From a virus (lineage: Duplodnaviria; Caudoviricetes): a stretch of DNA of 57,234 nucleotides. A model generated the notes under the pieces. That model was not told the origin of the DNA. It did not search any database and saw only the letters and a list, made by a program, of their open reading frames with translations. Below are positions 40,790 through 49,089 of the stretch, piece by piece. The translations under genes and the position numbers were made by a program. The DNA lies in IMG/VR virus record IMGVR_UViG_3300016484_000638, positions 1-57,234 of that record; one strand, written 5' to 3'. The stretch's first letter is position 1. Each line of letters starts with the position of its first letter.

Positions 40790-41317
40790 TTTATAAAATT
40801 TATAAATTGTTTCACAAAAAGTCAACATCTCTTCGTGTGACATAGTACTTTTAGCGTAATTACAGGCTATACTAATAAACTGTATATTTCCCTTAACATA
40901 TCCTTTATTAGAATCTATTCTATCCAAAGAAGCTTTATTTAAATTATTCCCACCGTCGATTGGGTGGGATAACTTTACACCACTATAAACACATTTACCA
41001 TCTTGTTTATCCCACTGTTCTAATAAATCTTCTAAAGTTATATTATAGTTTTTGTCTCTTTTTTTAACTCTTCTTAAGTGTTCCCTTAAACCAGTAAAAT
41101 TATCTCTTTGATTCCCTGATACTGCTATTAGATATTTTACATTTTCTTTAACATATTTCCTTAGATGCTTGTTATTTGATTTACCATTACACTTTAACGA
41201 ACAATAATTTTTCCTACCAATTTTTTTATTTCTATTTATTTCGGATTGGTCTTTTAAAAATTCTTTTCCACAATCTGGGTTATTACAAATAGTTAAACCC
41301 TTTTTTCTATTAGACAT
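40760..41317 (-). mobile_element. HNH-type endonuclease with N-terminal Zn finger
   Basis: CVYSG..SLDRIDSNKGYVKGNIQF..CNYAK. Confidence 0.8.
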
Positions 41318-41413
41318 AATACTTTTTATATATAAATATTAAGTCTCCACAAAAAATACAATAAGGTTCCACAATTTTTTTCAATAAAAACCCCCATTTT
41401 GTGGGGGTTATTT

Positions 41414-42029
41414 TGGTGGAGGCGGAGGGGTTCGTAAATAATCAATAATTTTCATTACTGTTTGGACTATATCATCATCTCATTGAGATGTTGGACGCTC
41501 TTGCTGGTTATTAAGTGTATCGCCACACTCCAGTAGTCTCTGCACCTTCTTACTCTGTAAGCTTGGCTCAGGATTGCCATCACCATTACGTGTTAAGGTT
41601 TCCCTGAATTCATCCAATTTTTAATCTATTGTCACCAATAGATGGGTCCGAAATCAAACCCTCGTCCTGCGTTACATTACTAACGTCTTCTACATGCTTA
41701 TTCCATTTTAATCTAAATGGACAAAATATTTGATTTATTCTTTACCATTGGAAATCAACAAACAATGGGTATCATTCGATTTTGGGTTCAATGATAATCC
41801 ACCACAACTACGACTTCTGTTGCTAGGTTATATGTCTGCCGACCCCGTAGTAACACCTAATCCGATTAGGCAGCTACTGTTGCACCTTCAGTCACAAAAT
41901 GACCTACAGTTGCGTTTGCGAATACGTCGCCGTTTAAAAGTTTCAATACGTGTATTAACGTGATAGTATTATTTCACGACATGCTTACCCATTACCAATC
42001 GTTAACCAGTCAAATCCAAAAACACCCCC
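41414..42029 (-). ncRNA. ssrA: tmRNA, intron-interrupted; tag (A)GDVFANATVGHFVTEGATVAA*
   Basis: GGGGGTG/CGCCTCC-ACCA acceptor with G3.U70; GGATTTGAC; GCATG..GCATGTAG; tag ORF ending AA-TAA. Confidence 0.95.
41435..41656 (-). mobile_element. Group I intron in tmRNA T loop (222 nt, no ORF)
   Basis: CAGAGACTA and GATATAGTCC (P7), GAATTCAGGGAA / AATCCTGAGC (P4), GAAA-capped P9, P1 GGGTT/GACCC. Confidence 0.9.
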
Positions 42030-42034
42030 AATAA

Positions 42035-42044
42035 TTCAAAGAAC
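42035..42044 (-). promoter_or_regulatory. boxA-like antitermination motif before tmRNA
   Basis: GTTCTTTGAA directly after TATATTTG promoter. Confidence 0.5.
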
Positions 42045-42080
42045 TCTTACAAATATAAGAATAAATATTAGATAATCAAA

Positions 42081-42272
42081 TTAAAGACTACCTAAATTCA
42101 TTGCTTTTCTTTGTAGTAAATCCATTTCTTTTTGAATTTCTTCAATTTTTTTATTATCCTCTTTTGAAAGATCAAATTTACTTCTAATTAAAGATACTTC
42201 TCTAGCTTTTTTATCGTACTCAAGTAAATAATTGTCGTACATCTTAGCTTTTTCGTCATTAGTCATTGCCAT
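42081..42272 (-). CDS. Small coiled-coil protein
   Basis: ORF. Confidence 0.6.
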   Translation of the reverse strand: MAMTNDEKAKMYDNYLLEYDKKAREVSLIRSKFDLSKEDNKKIEEIQKEMDLLQRKAMNLGSL

Positions 42273-42317
42273 AATATATATTTTTTAATAATTATACTTA
42301 TATATACCCATAAGTCA

Positions 42318-42707
42318 ATGGCAATTAAAAGAACTAAAAGAGAACTTGAGATAATAAAAGAATGTAAACTATTCTTAAGTAAGAATCCTAAGTTAAAAAA
42401 ACGTAAGTTAAATAAGATTAAAAATTTAGAGAAAAGATTATATTATATAAAAGTATGGTTTATAACAGAATCAATGCCCATACATAATCTTAAGAACTTT
42501 GATAAACGTTGTTATTATGGAGCTAGTTGTTACAATCTTGACCACATCTTACCAATATCTTATGGGTTCCATAATAATATACCCCCAGAAAAGATTGGTA
42601 ATATCTCTAATTTAAGGTTTATCCCATCTGAGGAAAATATAAAAAAGGGTTTTAAGTTAACAGAAGAATCTAATAAAGTACTTAGAAAGATAAAAAGAAG
42701 TACTTAA
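42318..42707 (+). CDS. HNH-like protein
   Basis: LDHILPIS..ISNLRFI..EENIKK. Confidence 0.7.
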   Translation: MAIKRTKRELEIIKECKLFLSKNPKLKKRKLNKIKNLEKRLYYIKVWFITESMPIHNLKNFDKRCYYGASCYNLDHILPISYGFHNNIPPEKIGNISNLRFIPSEENIKKGFKLTEESNKVLRKIKRST

Positions 42708-42886
42708 TTAAAGTAAGCTAATTTATGTTTAACCTTTCTTGTGTAATCCTTATCAGATTTATGTACCTTATGTTTGCAGACCCAACCAGTAGAATTTTCT
42801 AACTCCATCTCACGAGAAACCTTTCTATTAACTTTCATAGAATCTTCTTTTGTGAATTTACCGATATGTATCTTACCCTGTTTCAT
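42704..42886 (-). CDS. Small basic protein
   Basis: HKVHKSDKDYTRKVKHK, reminiscent of the ArfA-like KxxYxRK segment. Confidence 0.55.
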   Translation of the reverse strand: MKQGKIHIGKFTKEDSMKVNRKVSREMELENSTGWVCKHKVHKSDKDYTRKVKHKLAYFN

Positions 42887-42942
42887 AATACAAATATATG
42901 AAATTATTTAATACCAAATAATTTTTTATAAATATTTTATAG

Positions 42943-43013
42943 AGGCCCCGATTGGACTTGAACCAATGTAAGCGGTTTTGCAGACCGCCTCCTAACCACT
43001 CGGACACGGGACC
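42943..43013 (-). tRNA. tRNA-Cys(GCA)
   Basis: Full cloverleaf, loop CTGCAAA, U73. Confidence 0.95.
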
Positions 43014-43020
43014 TTAAATT

Positions 43021-43098
43021 TGGTGGATCGTAAGGGACTTGAACCCTTGACCCCCGCAGTGCAAATGCGGTGCTCTAGCCAATCTGAGCTAACAACCC
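43021..43098 (-). tRNA. tRNA-Ala(TGC)
   Basis: Cloverleaf, G3.U70, encoded CCA. Confidence 0.95.
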
Positions 43099-43109
43099 AT
43101 AATAACGTC

Positions 43110-43208
43110 GATAGGACTTAACTGGAACCTCTCATTTATATCCAATCATCAATAGGTAATTAACCCATACCAGGTGCATCCCAATTTTAACTGGGAATAT
43201 ATCCTATC
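43110..43208 (-). ncRNA. Unassigned structured RNA in tRNA operon
   Basis: Closing stem GATAGGAT/GTCCTATC; CCCAGTT/AATTGGG hairpin. Confidence 0.55.
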
Positions 43209-43213
43209 TATTG

Positions 43214-43284
43214 AGCGGGTAGATGGTAACTCTCCATCTTCCTCGGTTTGGAAGACCGACGCATTAATTTTATGCTATACCCGC
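43214..43284 (-). tRNA. tRNA-Gly(TCC), non-canonical D/T loops
   Basis: Perfect stems; D loop AAAATTA; T loop AGAGTTA. Confidence 0.85.
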
Positions 43285-43295
43285 AAATTGTGGGT

Positions 43296-43393
43296 AGGGG
43301 TCTCCCACGATAGACTTAAGGTTTCGGATTATTTAACGACAATTCCTAAATGTCAACCGCCCGCATGTCCTTCACCTTGAAGCGGGAACCCCT
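43296..43393 (-). ncRNA. Unassigned structured RNA overlapping HEG 3' end
   Basis: Closing stem AGGGGTTCCCGC/GTGGGAGACCCCT. Confidence 0.55.
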
Positions 43394-44204
43394 TATGATT
43401 TTTAATTTTATTTATAATATCTAATACCTCTATCTCATATTTTTTATTTAATAAAGGTTTAACCTTAAATCTTATTAATTTATATTTTTCTTTTATTATA
43501 TTTTCTCTAATTATTTCTTTTTCATTATTACTATCATGCCATCTTTCACCATCTATTTCGACACATAGATTAAGTTTTGGAAAAAAGAAATCCACATAAT
43601 AATTATTCACCTTAAATTGTTTAATAAAATCCTCACCATTGACCAACCCTTTTAAAACTAAAAATTCATTAAAAAATTTTTCAGGATATGTTTCCTTAAT
43701 TGAAGCACATCTTTTATTAGGATGCAGGTCTGGGTTTTTTTTATATCTTTCTTTGGCTATTATACTTAATTTTTCTTTAAAGATTTTTGAATTTTTAAGA
43801 CAACTTAAAGAACAATACTTTTGTTTATTTTTTTTAACTTTTTTACCACACTCAATACAATCTGTTCTAGGTAATTTATTATTATTTGGTATATTTTTAA
43901 GTGACTCACTTATTTTAATTTTGGTGAGTTGACTTTTTATTTTACCCTTATTATTATAACTAGCAGAACAACTATTATTACAAAAATTTCTATCTCTTGA
44001 TTCTAAATCAACAAAATCTTTACCACAATTTTTACAAATAAAATTTTTATAAAAATTTTTTCTAATAGATTTAATACCTAAACGATTACATCTATTAGTT
44101 ACTGAACTAATAGTTATATTCATTTTTTCAGAAATTTCTTTATAACTAAAACCATCTTTTATTAAAGATTTCAGTTCGTTATCTTTCTCTACAATCCATT
44201 TCAT
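43353..44204 (-). mobile_element. PD-(D/E)XK (Vsr/DUF559-like) homing endonuclease with Zn fingers
   Basis: YYVDFF...VEIDGERWH; CxxC..CxxxC repeats. Confidence 0.8.
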
Positions 44205-44270
44205 ATAAATAAATATCTCAAAATGAGTTAAAAAATATTCTTGAACCTATATTTTTGGTTATAGAACTTG

Positions 44271-44344
44271 AGAGGGTGATCGGGATCTAACCGACTCTAT
44301 TCCACATTGGCAATGTGGTGCACCAACATTTATGCGTCACCCTC
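44271..44344 (-). tRNA. tRNA-Gly(GCC), non-canonical elbow
   Basis: CCACA-TTGCCAA-TGTGG; T loop TTAGATC. Confidence 0.85.
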
Positions 44345-44350
44345 TTGTGT

Positions 44351-44443
44351 GGGTGGAGTCAGACGCGTTCTGTCCACCGAGACCGTAACTTGAATTTCTT
44401 CAGAGGTTAACGACACAAGATTTGTGGGAACCGCACCCCACCC
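44351..44443 (-). ncRNA. Unassigned multi-arm RNA
   Basis: GGGTGGGGT/ACTCCACCC closing stem; three internal hairpins. Confidence 0.55.
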
Positions 44444-44474
44444 TGAACTTGTACTTCGTTCTTTTAAGCGTTTT

Positions 44475-44551
44475 TGGCGGTCCTGATGGGACTCGAACCC
44501 ACGATCTCCGCCGTGACAGGGCGGCGTCCACTCCATCTGGACTGCAGGACC
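44475..44551 (-). tRNA. tRNA-Asp(GTC)
   Basis: Cloverleaf, G73, CCA. Confidence 0.95.
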
Positions 44552-44586
44552 TTTTATATCTTTATTAAGAAGTTCAGAAAAATGTT

Positions 44587-44721
44587 TTAAAAGTTAGCAT
44601 CTTTTTTTTTATTTGCTGAAATTTTTCTTTTTATCTTCTTTATTTTTCTTTCTAACCAATTGGTATGCTTTTTCCTTAATATATCCTTACTTGACTCTAA
44701 TTTACCTGTTAATACTTCCAT
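44587..44721 (-). CDS. 44-aa Lys-rich ORF inside tRNA operon
   Basis: MEVLTGK...KKDANF*. Confidence 0.4.
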   Translation of the reverse strand: MEVLTGKLESSKDILRKKHTNWLERKIKKIKRKISANKKKDANF

Positions 44722-44747
44722 TCTTAATTTCTCTCTCTTTATTTCTG

Positions 44748-44828
44748 TGGGAGAAGAGGGACTCGAACCCCCAAGGCTTTCGCGACAGATTTACAGTCTG
44801 CTGAGCCAACCAATTGCTCAACTCTCCC
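44748..44828 (-). tRNA. tRNA-Tyr(GTA)
   Basis: Cloverleaf with variable arm. Confidence 0.95.
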
Positions 44829-44834
44829 TTATTG

Positions 44835-44909
44835 TGTCCCCGATAGGGTTCGAACCTATGACCCCTCCATTAAAAGTGGAGTGCTCTAAACCAACTGAGC
44901 TACGAAGAC
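44835..44909 (-). tRNA. tRNA-Lys(TTT)
   Basis: Cloverleaf, loop CTTTTAA. Confidence 0.95.
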
Positions 44910-44929
44910 GTTATTAATATTATGACAAT

Positions 44930-44963
44930 AAAAAAACCCCAACTAATTCTTTAGTCAGGGTTT
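44930..44963 (-). terminator. Attenuator terminator of tRNA operon A
   Basis: AACCCTGACTAA-AGAA-TTAGTTGGGGTTTTTTT just upstream of tRNA-Lys. Confidence 0.85.
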
Positions 44964-44990
44964 CATGTATAATTTTATATTTATAAAATA

Positions 44991-45080
44991 CTATACAGAC
45001 ATATTCTGACCATTTAAGATGTAATCACATCCTTTGTCGGCTTTCGCGTCACAACCTTTATATGTTTTATAGTTTTTCAT
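44991..45080 (-). CDS. Leader peptide A: MKNYKTYKGCDAKADKGCDYILNGQNMSV
   Basis: Lies between promoter and terminator; K/Y/G/C/D/A rich, matching downstream tRNAs. Confidence 0.85.
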   Translation of the reverse strand: MKNYKTYKGCDAKADKGCDYILNGQNMSV

Positions 45081-45109
45081 GTTTATAATATTGTTTATCT
45101 TTAAATATG

Positions 45110-45142
45110 ATACAAAGATAGTAAAAGTTTTACAATTGTCAA
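45110..45142 (-). promoter_or_regulatory. Promoter of tRNA operon A
   Basis: TTGACAATTGTAAAACTTTTACTATCTTTGTA. Confidence 0.75.
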
Positions 45143-45159
45143 GTATTTTTATTTTTTTT

Positions 45160-45570
45160 TTAATTTTTTCTCCCCCACGAGTAATGAACAATGGTTCCGT
45201 TTATATATTCTTTCCAGTATTTATTCCATGGTCCAGAAAATAATAGGGTACAACAACCATTACTATTAGCAATTCTATGGTAACAATTTCTTGGGAAGAA
45301 TTTTATAAACTGGGTTCTTCTTTCAACATGGAAATCACCAGTTAATTCATCATCCAATATGTGTTCATCATATTCACCAAACAATTTAAAAGATAGTGCG
45401 TTAAATGCATGTGTATGAAACCTATCTTGTGGTTTGTTTGATTTATGAAAATAAAAAAATATGATTGAACCCAACCATTTACACTCAAATACTACAAATT
45501 GAGTTACTTTCTGCTCACCAAACTCAAATCTATTGAGTCTTAAAAATGAAATATAATCCGTCTTTATCAC
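45160..45570 (-). CDS. Cupin-like protein
   Basis: FHTHAF...GEYDE...YHRI...TLLFSGP. Confidence 0.65.
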   Translation of the reverse strand: MIKTDYISFLRLNRFEFGEQKVTQFVVFECKWLGSIIFFYFHKSNKPQDRFHTHAFNALSFKLFGEYDEHILDDELTGDFHVERRTQFIKFFPRNCYHRIANSNGCCTLLFSGPWNKYWKEYINGTIVHYSWGRKN

Positions 45571-45596
45571 GGAATATAAAACTAAGGTTTTTTAAC

Positions 45597-46385
45597 TTAA
45601 TGGTCAAGTTTTAAATTAAAATATTCTCTTCCATCTATAATTTCTGGCTCGTCAAAATTTTCACTACGTTCTACATATCTTTCTGCATCACCCATTAAAT
45701 CATACCAATCTCTAACCTTATTTCTTTTATTAGATGCACCAAAAACCACCCTACCATTTAAACCTATCACTAAATGGTGTAAATATTTGTAAGTTAAAAA
45801 AGGTTTTAAAGTTACTATACCACCTTGAGCACAATAAAGACCTTCATCAGAATTTAATAATGTATTTAAAACAACATTATATTCGTCCTCTGTAATCAAT
45901 GGTTCAAATTTAATTATCTTGTTTTTAAATGATGGGTTAGTGTTAATAATCCAATCTAAATCTTCAGATTCATTTAATCTATCGTTAAAAATGTGATTTA
46001 ATTTATATTGTATATATGGTTTGCCTTCTAAATCTTTTCTAACATCAAGATATTTATTTTCATAAAATATAAGTTTATTATCACCATAGCCAATTCTTCT
46101 TACATTATACTGATTTATAAAAAATCTAATATATGCTGACCCATTTTTAGAATATTTTAAAAGACTTCTAATAAATTGTTGCCTACTATCACCCATTCTC
46201 GTATTTACTTGGGTAAGCATGTCGTATAGCTGACCCAGTTCTGATTCAGTGGTTGATTCATCTAGCCACACAACAACTAATGGATCATCAGTCATAAACG
46301 GGTTAGGTGCCTCCATATTAATCCAATCAAAATCATCCATTTCTTCTTCTTTTATAATTTTTTTAATATTCTTTCTTAATATCAT
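45597..46385 (-). CDS. ILKE/DW-tag two-module protein
   Basis: KKIIKEEEMDDFDW; internal LNESEDLDW. Confidence 0.7.
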   Translation of the reverse strand: MILRKNIKKIIKEEEMDDFDWINMEAPNPFMTDDPLVVVWLDESTTESELGQLYDMLTQVNTRMGDSRQQFIRSLLKYSKNGSAYIRFFINQYNVRRIGYGDNKLIFYENKYLDVRKDLEGKPYIQYKLNHIFNDRLNESEDLDWIINTNPSFKNKIIKFEPLITEDEYNVVLNTLLNSDEGLYCAQGGIVTLKPFLTYKYLHHLVIGLNGRVVFGASNKRNKVRDWYDLMGDAERYVERSENFDEPEIIDGREYFNLKLDH

Positions 46386-46500
46386 TTAATCCTTTTTTTC
46401 TGTTGCATATTTAATACCCATAATAGTTCCAACTATTGAAAAGGAAAACTACCATCAAAAATACTGATGAATATAATAACAATTTACGGTTTTTAGTCAT
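46386..46500 (-). pseudogene. Probable deleted/frameshifted small membrane gene
   Basis: MTKNRKLLLY.. in one frame; SFSIVGTIMGIKYATEKKD* in another, abutting next ATG. Confidence 0.35.
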
Positions 46501-46537
46501 ATTAATAAATATGCTAAAAAATTATAAACAGAAAAAG

Positions 46538-47263
46538 TTATTTTTTTTTGTGTTTATAATTTAAGTCTTTAAAGCACAGTATTGAGATTAATAAACCCAT
46601 AAATAATAGAATTAAGGCTATAGTCTTATATGTGTCACCAGAAGTGGATAAATTAAAATTCCATAAACCGTGATAAGTTACAGATGTTACAAACCCGATT
46701 AAACTAAAAATAAAAACTTTAAAATTTTTCTTTTTATTCACAAGTATACTGAAAATACTTTTACCGTTAGGTGTTGGTTTTTTTAATTTACTTAATCCGA
46801 TCCAATAACCAAATATAAATCCAGAAATGATATGGGCAATGGTTGATGTTACGGATCTAATAGGTATAATATATGGACCATATGATAAACCATATTGTAT
46901 GTTTTCAAATATAGAAAAACCTAAACCAAGCATACCAAAATATATCATAGTACTAAGTGGATGGTTTTTATCACTAATTAAATAAGATAATATAACAAAG
47001 GCAATTAATTTAGATAACTCTTCTTTTGTCGCAGTAACTAAAAAGTCATTATAAAAATGATTATTCCCCAACATTACCCAACCTGGTAAATTTAAAAAAA
47101 TAAAACTCAATATTAAAACTGATAATATACCACCAAAAATATATTGTATAGTTTTAGAAAATTTTATTGTACCATAAGGTAATATTGTGTAAAGTATTAA
47201 AATATAAGCATAAGCCGGCATTAATGATAATATAGTACAAACTGTTAAAATTGTTAAATCCAT
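46538..47263 (-). CDS. PrsW-family intramembrane glutamic protease
   Basis: EELSK, GFSIFENIQY, AH, YHGLWN; multiple TMs. Confidence 0.85.
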   Translation of the reverse strand: MDLTILTVCTILSLMPAYAYILILYTILPYGTIKFSKTIQYIFGGILSVLILSFIFLNLPGWVMLGNNHFYNDFLVTATKEELSKLIAFVILSYLISDKNHPLSTMIYFGMLGLGFSIFENIQYGLSYGPYIIPIRSVTSTIAHIISGFIFGYWIGLSKLKKPTPNGKSIFSILVNKKKNFKVFIFSLIGFVTSVTYHGLWNFNLSTSGDTYKTIALILLFMGLLISILCFKDLNYKHKKK

Positions 47264-47279
47264 ATACAAATATAATGAA

Positions 47280-47741
47280 TTAAAATTGTGAAACAAAATT
47301 ATCCATAACCATAGTGAATTCATTAATTTCATTAAATTCATAATCAATCTGAAAATCCCGTAAACTACAACCAATTAAAATCCATTGTGATATTACAGAC
47401 CCTAAAGGATCTATTGACATTAACGTTGCGTTAATTTTTCTACCGTAAATATTGTCTTGGTAGTTAACCCAACTATTTAAATCTCCACTTCTGATAACCT
47501 CTCTAATTATTACTCTGATAGGATTAATCTCCATAAGGCGAAAATTTCTACCCATTTCACCAAAATAACCATAATCAAAATTAGAACGACTTATTCTAGG
47601 TATCTCACTATCAACAAAATATTCACCATACGGACCTAAATCTAAAATATACCTATGTCTGTACATAGGTTCTTGTAAAATTCTTAATCCAGTTCGTTCT
47701 TTAAAATTATTTAATTTCTTAATATATTTTTTTGGTTGCAT
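47280..47741 (-). CDS. Tail-tube (gp19)-like divergent protein
   Basis: EP..HRYIL; 'SIDPLGSVISQWILIGC'. Confidence 0.45.
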   Translation of the reverse strand: MQPKKYIKKLNNFKERTGLRILQEPMYRHRYILDLGPYGEYFVDSEIPRISRSNFDYGYFGEMGRNFRLMEINPIRVIIREVIRSGDLNSWVNYQDNIYGRKINATLMSIDPLGSVISQWILIGCSLRDFQIDYEFNEINEFTMVMDNFVSQF

Positions 47742-47849
47742 GTTATAACATTAATTTATTTTTTTAGATTATAAATGATATTTATTTATAAATATTAAAA
47801 TGGAGGATGATGTTTTTGATGATACTTTTTGGCACCCAGACCAATCTTT

Positions 47850-48365
47850 ATGAAAAAATTTATTAAAAAAATATTAAAAGAAGATTTTGATTGGATAGAT
47901 GATATACCGTCATTTATTGAAATCACTGAACCAGTTACTCAAAGTAACCCCAAAGACATATTTAGATTATATTGGACAAATGAACACTACACTGGTGACT
48001 ATGGTGTATGGTCTGACGATTGGTATGGTTTTAAAAATGATTCTAATGGTGTTAATAATTTAACAAGATATGTTAAAATATTACAAAATGGTTTAGATGA
48101 CAGAACCAATGAATTTGATTTTGATTTATTAGTAGATTTATATTTTAATCAAGGTCATAGTTATATAGCCACTGATTTTATGAAACGTGAACTTTCTAAT
48201 GAGGACTACACAGATAAAAAACATATTTTATCTCAAATGTTAAAAGATGATTTAAATGACTTGGGTATTTTCAACTGGGGTGGTGGTGTTACATTAGAGA
48301 GGTGGAAAGTAACTTACTTCGACGAAAATGGTATAGAGTTTAACACAAAAATCAATAATATATAG
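47850..48365 (+). CDS. ILKE/DW-tag protein
   Basis: MKKFIKKILKEDFDW. Confidence 0.7.
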   Translation: MKKFIKKILKEDFDWIDDIPSFIEITEPVTQSNPKDIFRLYWTNEHYTGDYGVWSDDWYGFKNDSNGVNNLTRYVKILQNGLDDRTNEFDFDLLVDLYFNQGHSYIATDFMKRELSNEDYTDKKHILSQMLKDDLNDLGIFNWGGGVTLERWKVTYFDENGIEFNTKINNI

Positions 48366-48439
48366 TACACCTGGGAGGATTTGAACCTCCAACCTTTTGT
48401 TCCGTATACAAACGCTCTGTCCAGTTGAGCTACAAGTGT
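48366..48439 (-). tRNA. tRNA-Arg(ACG)
   Basis: Cloverleaf, loop ATACGGA. Confidence 0.9.
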
Positions 48440-48443
48440 GTGG

Positions 48444-48505
48444 GGTACACAAACACGGGAAATGTCGACCACTTCCCTGACTCTCTCGTCTTAGTTAGGT
48501 ATACC
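48444..48505 (-). ncRNA. Small structured spacer RNA
   Basis: GGTATAC/GTGTACC closing stem; GGGAAGTG/CATTTCCC hairpin. Confidence 0.45.
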
Positions 48506-48512
48506 TTTTAAG

Positions 48513-48596
48513 CGGAAAGCAGTGGCCCTGATCCACATACAGTTTCCCGTACCAACAACTTAGCAGGTTGTGCCTACCCTGGTAGATTTACTTTCC
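48513..48596 (-). tRNA. tRNA-Ser(GCT), 8/4 fold
   Basis: GGAAAGTA/TGCTTTCC, T stem GTGG/CCAC, loop CTGCTAA, G73. Confidence 0.8.
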
Positions 48597-48604
48597 ATTA
48601 ATTG

Positions 48605-48678
48605 CACGCCTGGATGGATTCGAACCACCAACACTCGGATTTGGAATCCGATGCTCTACCAATTGGAGCTACAGACGC
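48605..48678 (-). tRNA. tRNA-Trp(CCA)
   Basis: Cloverleaf, loop TTCCAAA. Confidence 0.95.
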
Positions 48679-48688
48679 GTTTATAAAG

Positions 48689-48762
48689 TAGTTATGGAGG
48701 GAGTTGAACCCCCGACCTTTTGAGTATCAGTCAAATGCTCTAACCAACTGAGCTACATAACT
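48689..48762 (-). tRNA. tRNA-Ile(GAT)
   Basis: Cloverleaf, loop CTGATAC. Confidence 0.95.
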
Positions 48763-48816
48763 ATTGTAAGACTATCTAAACTCCAAATGAGAACTTCGTC
48801 TTTTTTAGTTTTTTAG

Positions 48817-48903
48817 CTGATGGGGTGGGATTCGAACCCACGGTGGAGTATAACTCACCAGATTAACAGTCTGAACCCTTCGGCCAACTCGGGACACCCA
48901 TCA
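48817..48903 (-). tRNA. tRNA-Asn(GTT) with long variable arm
   Basis: TGATGGG/CCCATCA-G; loop CTGTTAA; 16-nt variable arm. Confidence 0.85.
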
Positions 48904-48917
48904 TTATTATTTTTTAG

Positions 48918-49000
48918 CGGAAGACGAGGGAATCGAACCCCCAAAGCTTTTACACCCAGCCGCTTTCAAGGCGGTGTCCTCGTCCATTCGGGCGCCTTCC
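48918..49000 (-). tRNA. tRNA-Ser(TGA)
   Basis: Loop CTTGAAA, variable arm, G73; can fold 8/4. Confidence 0.85.
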
Positions 49001-49012
49001 GTATTTTATTTG

Positions 49013-49084
49013 AGCCATAAGTCTGAATCGAACAGACGACCTCTTCCCTACCAAGGAAGTGCTCTGCCTCTGAGCTACAAACAC
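49013..49084 (-). tRNA. tRNA-Thr(GGT), chimeric with broken acceptor stem
   Basis: Loop TTGGTAG; 5' strand GTGTTTG identical to that of tRNA-His. Confidence 0.7.
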
Positions 49085-49089
49085 CATTT

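Noticed and set aside
41730-41963. 77-aa plus-strand ORF
   Set aside because: Antisense to tmRNA
44330-44917. ORFs 44330-44536, 44613-44804, 44660-44917 (also 43174-43380, 48820-49020, 52462-52821, 52500-52709)
   Set aside because: Shadows of tRNA/ncRNA genes
44991-45191. 66-aa ORF as given in the track
   Set aside because: Upstream part spans the promoter; the likely start is ATG at 45080 (leader peptide A)
47800-47853. 17-aa ORF MEDDVFDDTFWHPDQSL coupled to 47850
   Set aside because: No terminator or control-codon logic; probably a gene remnant
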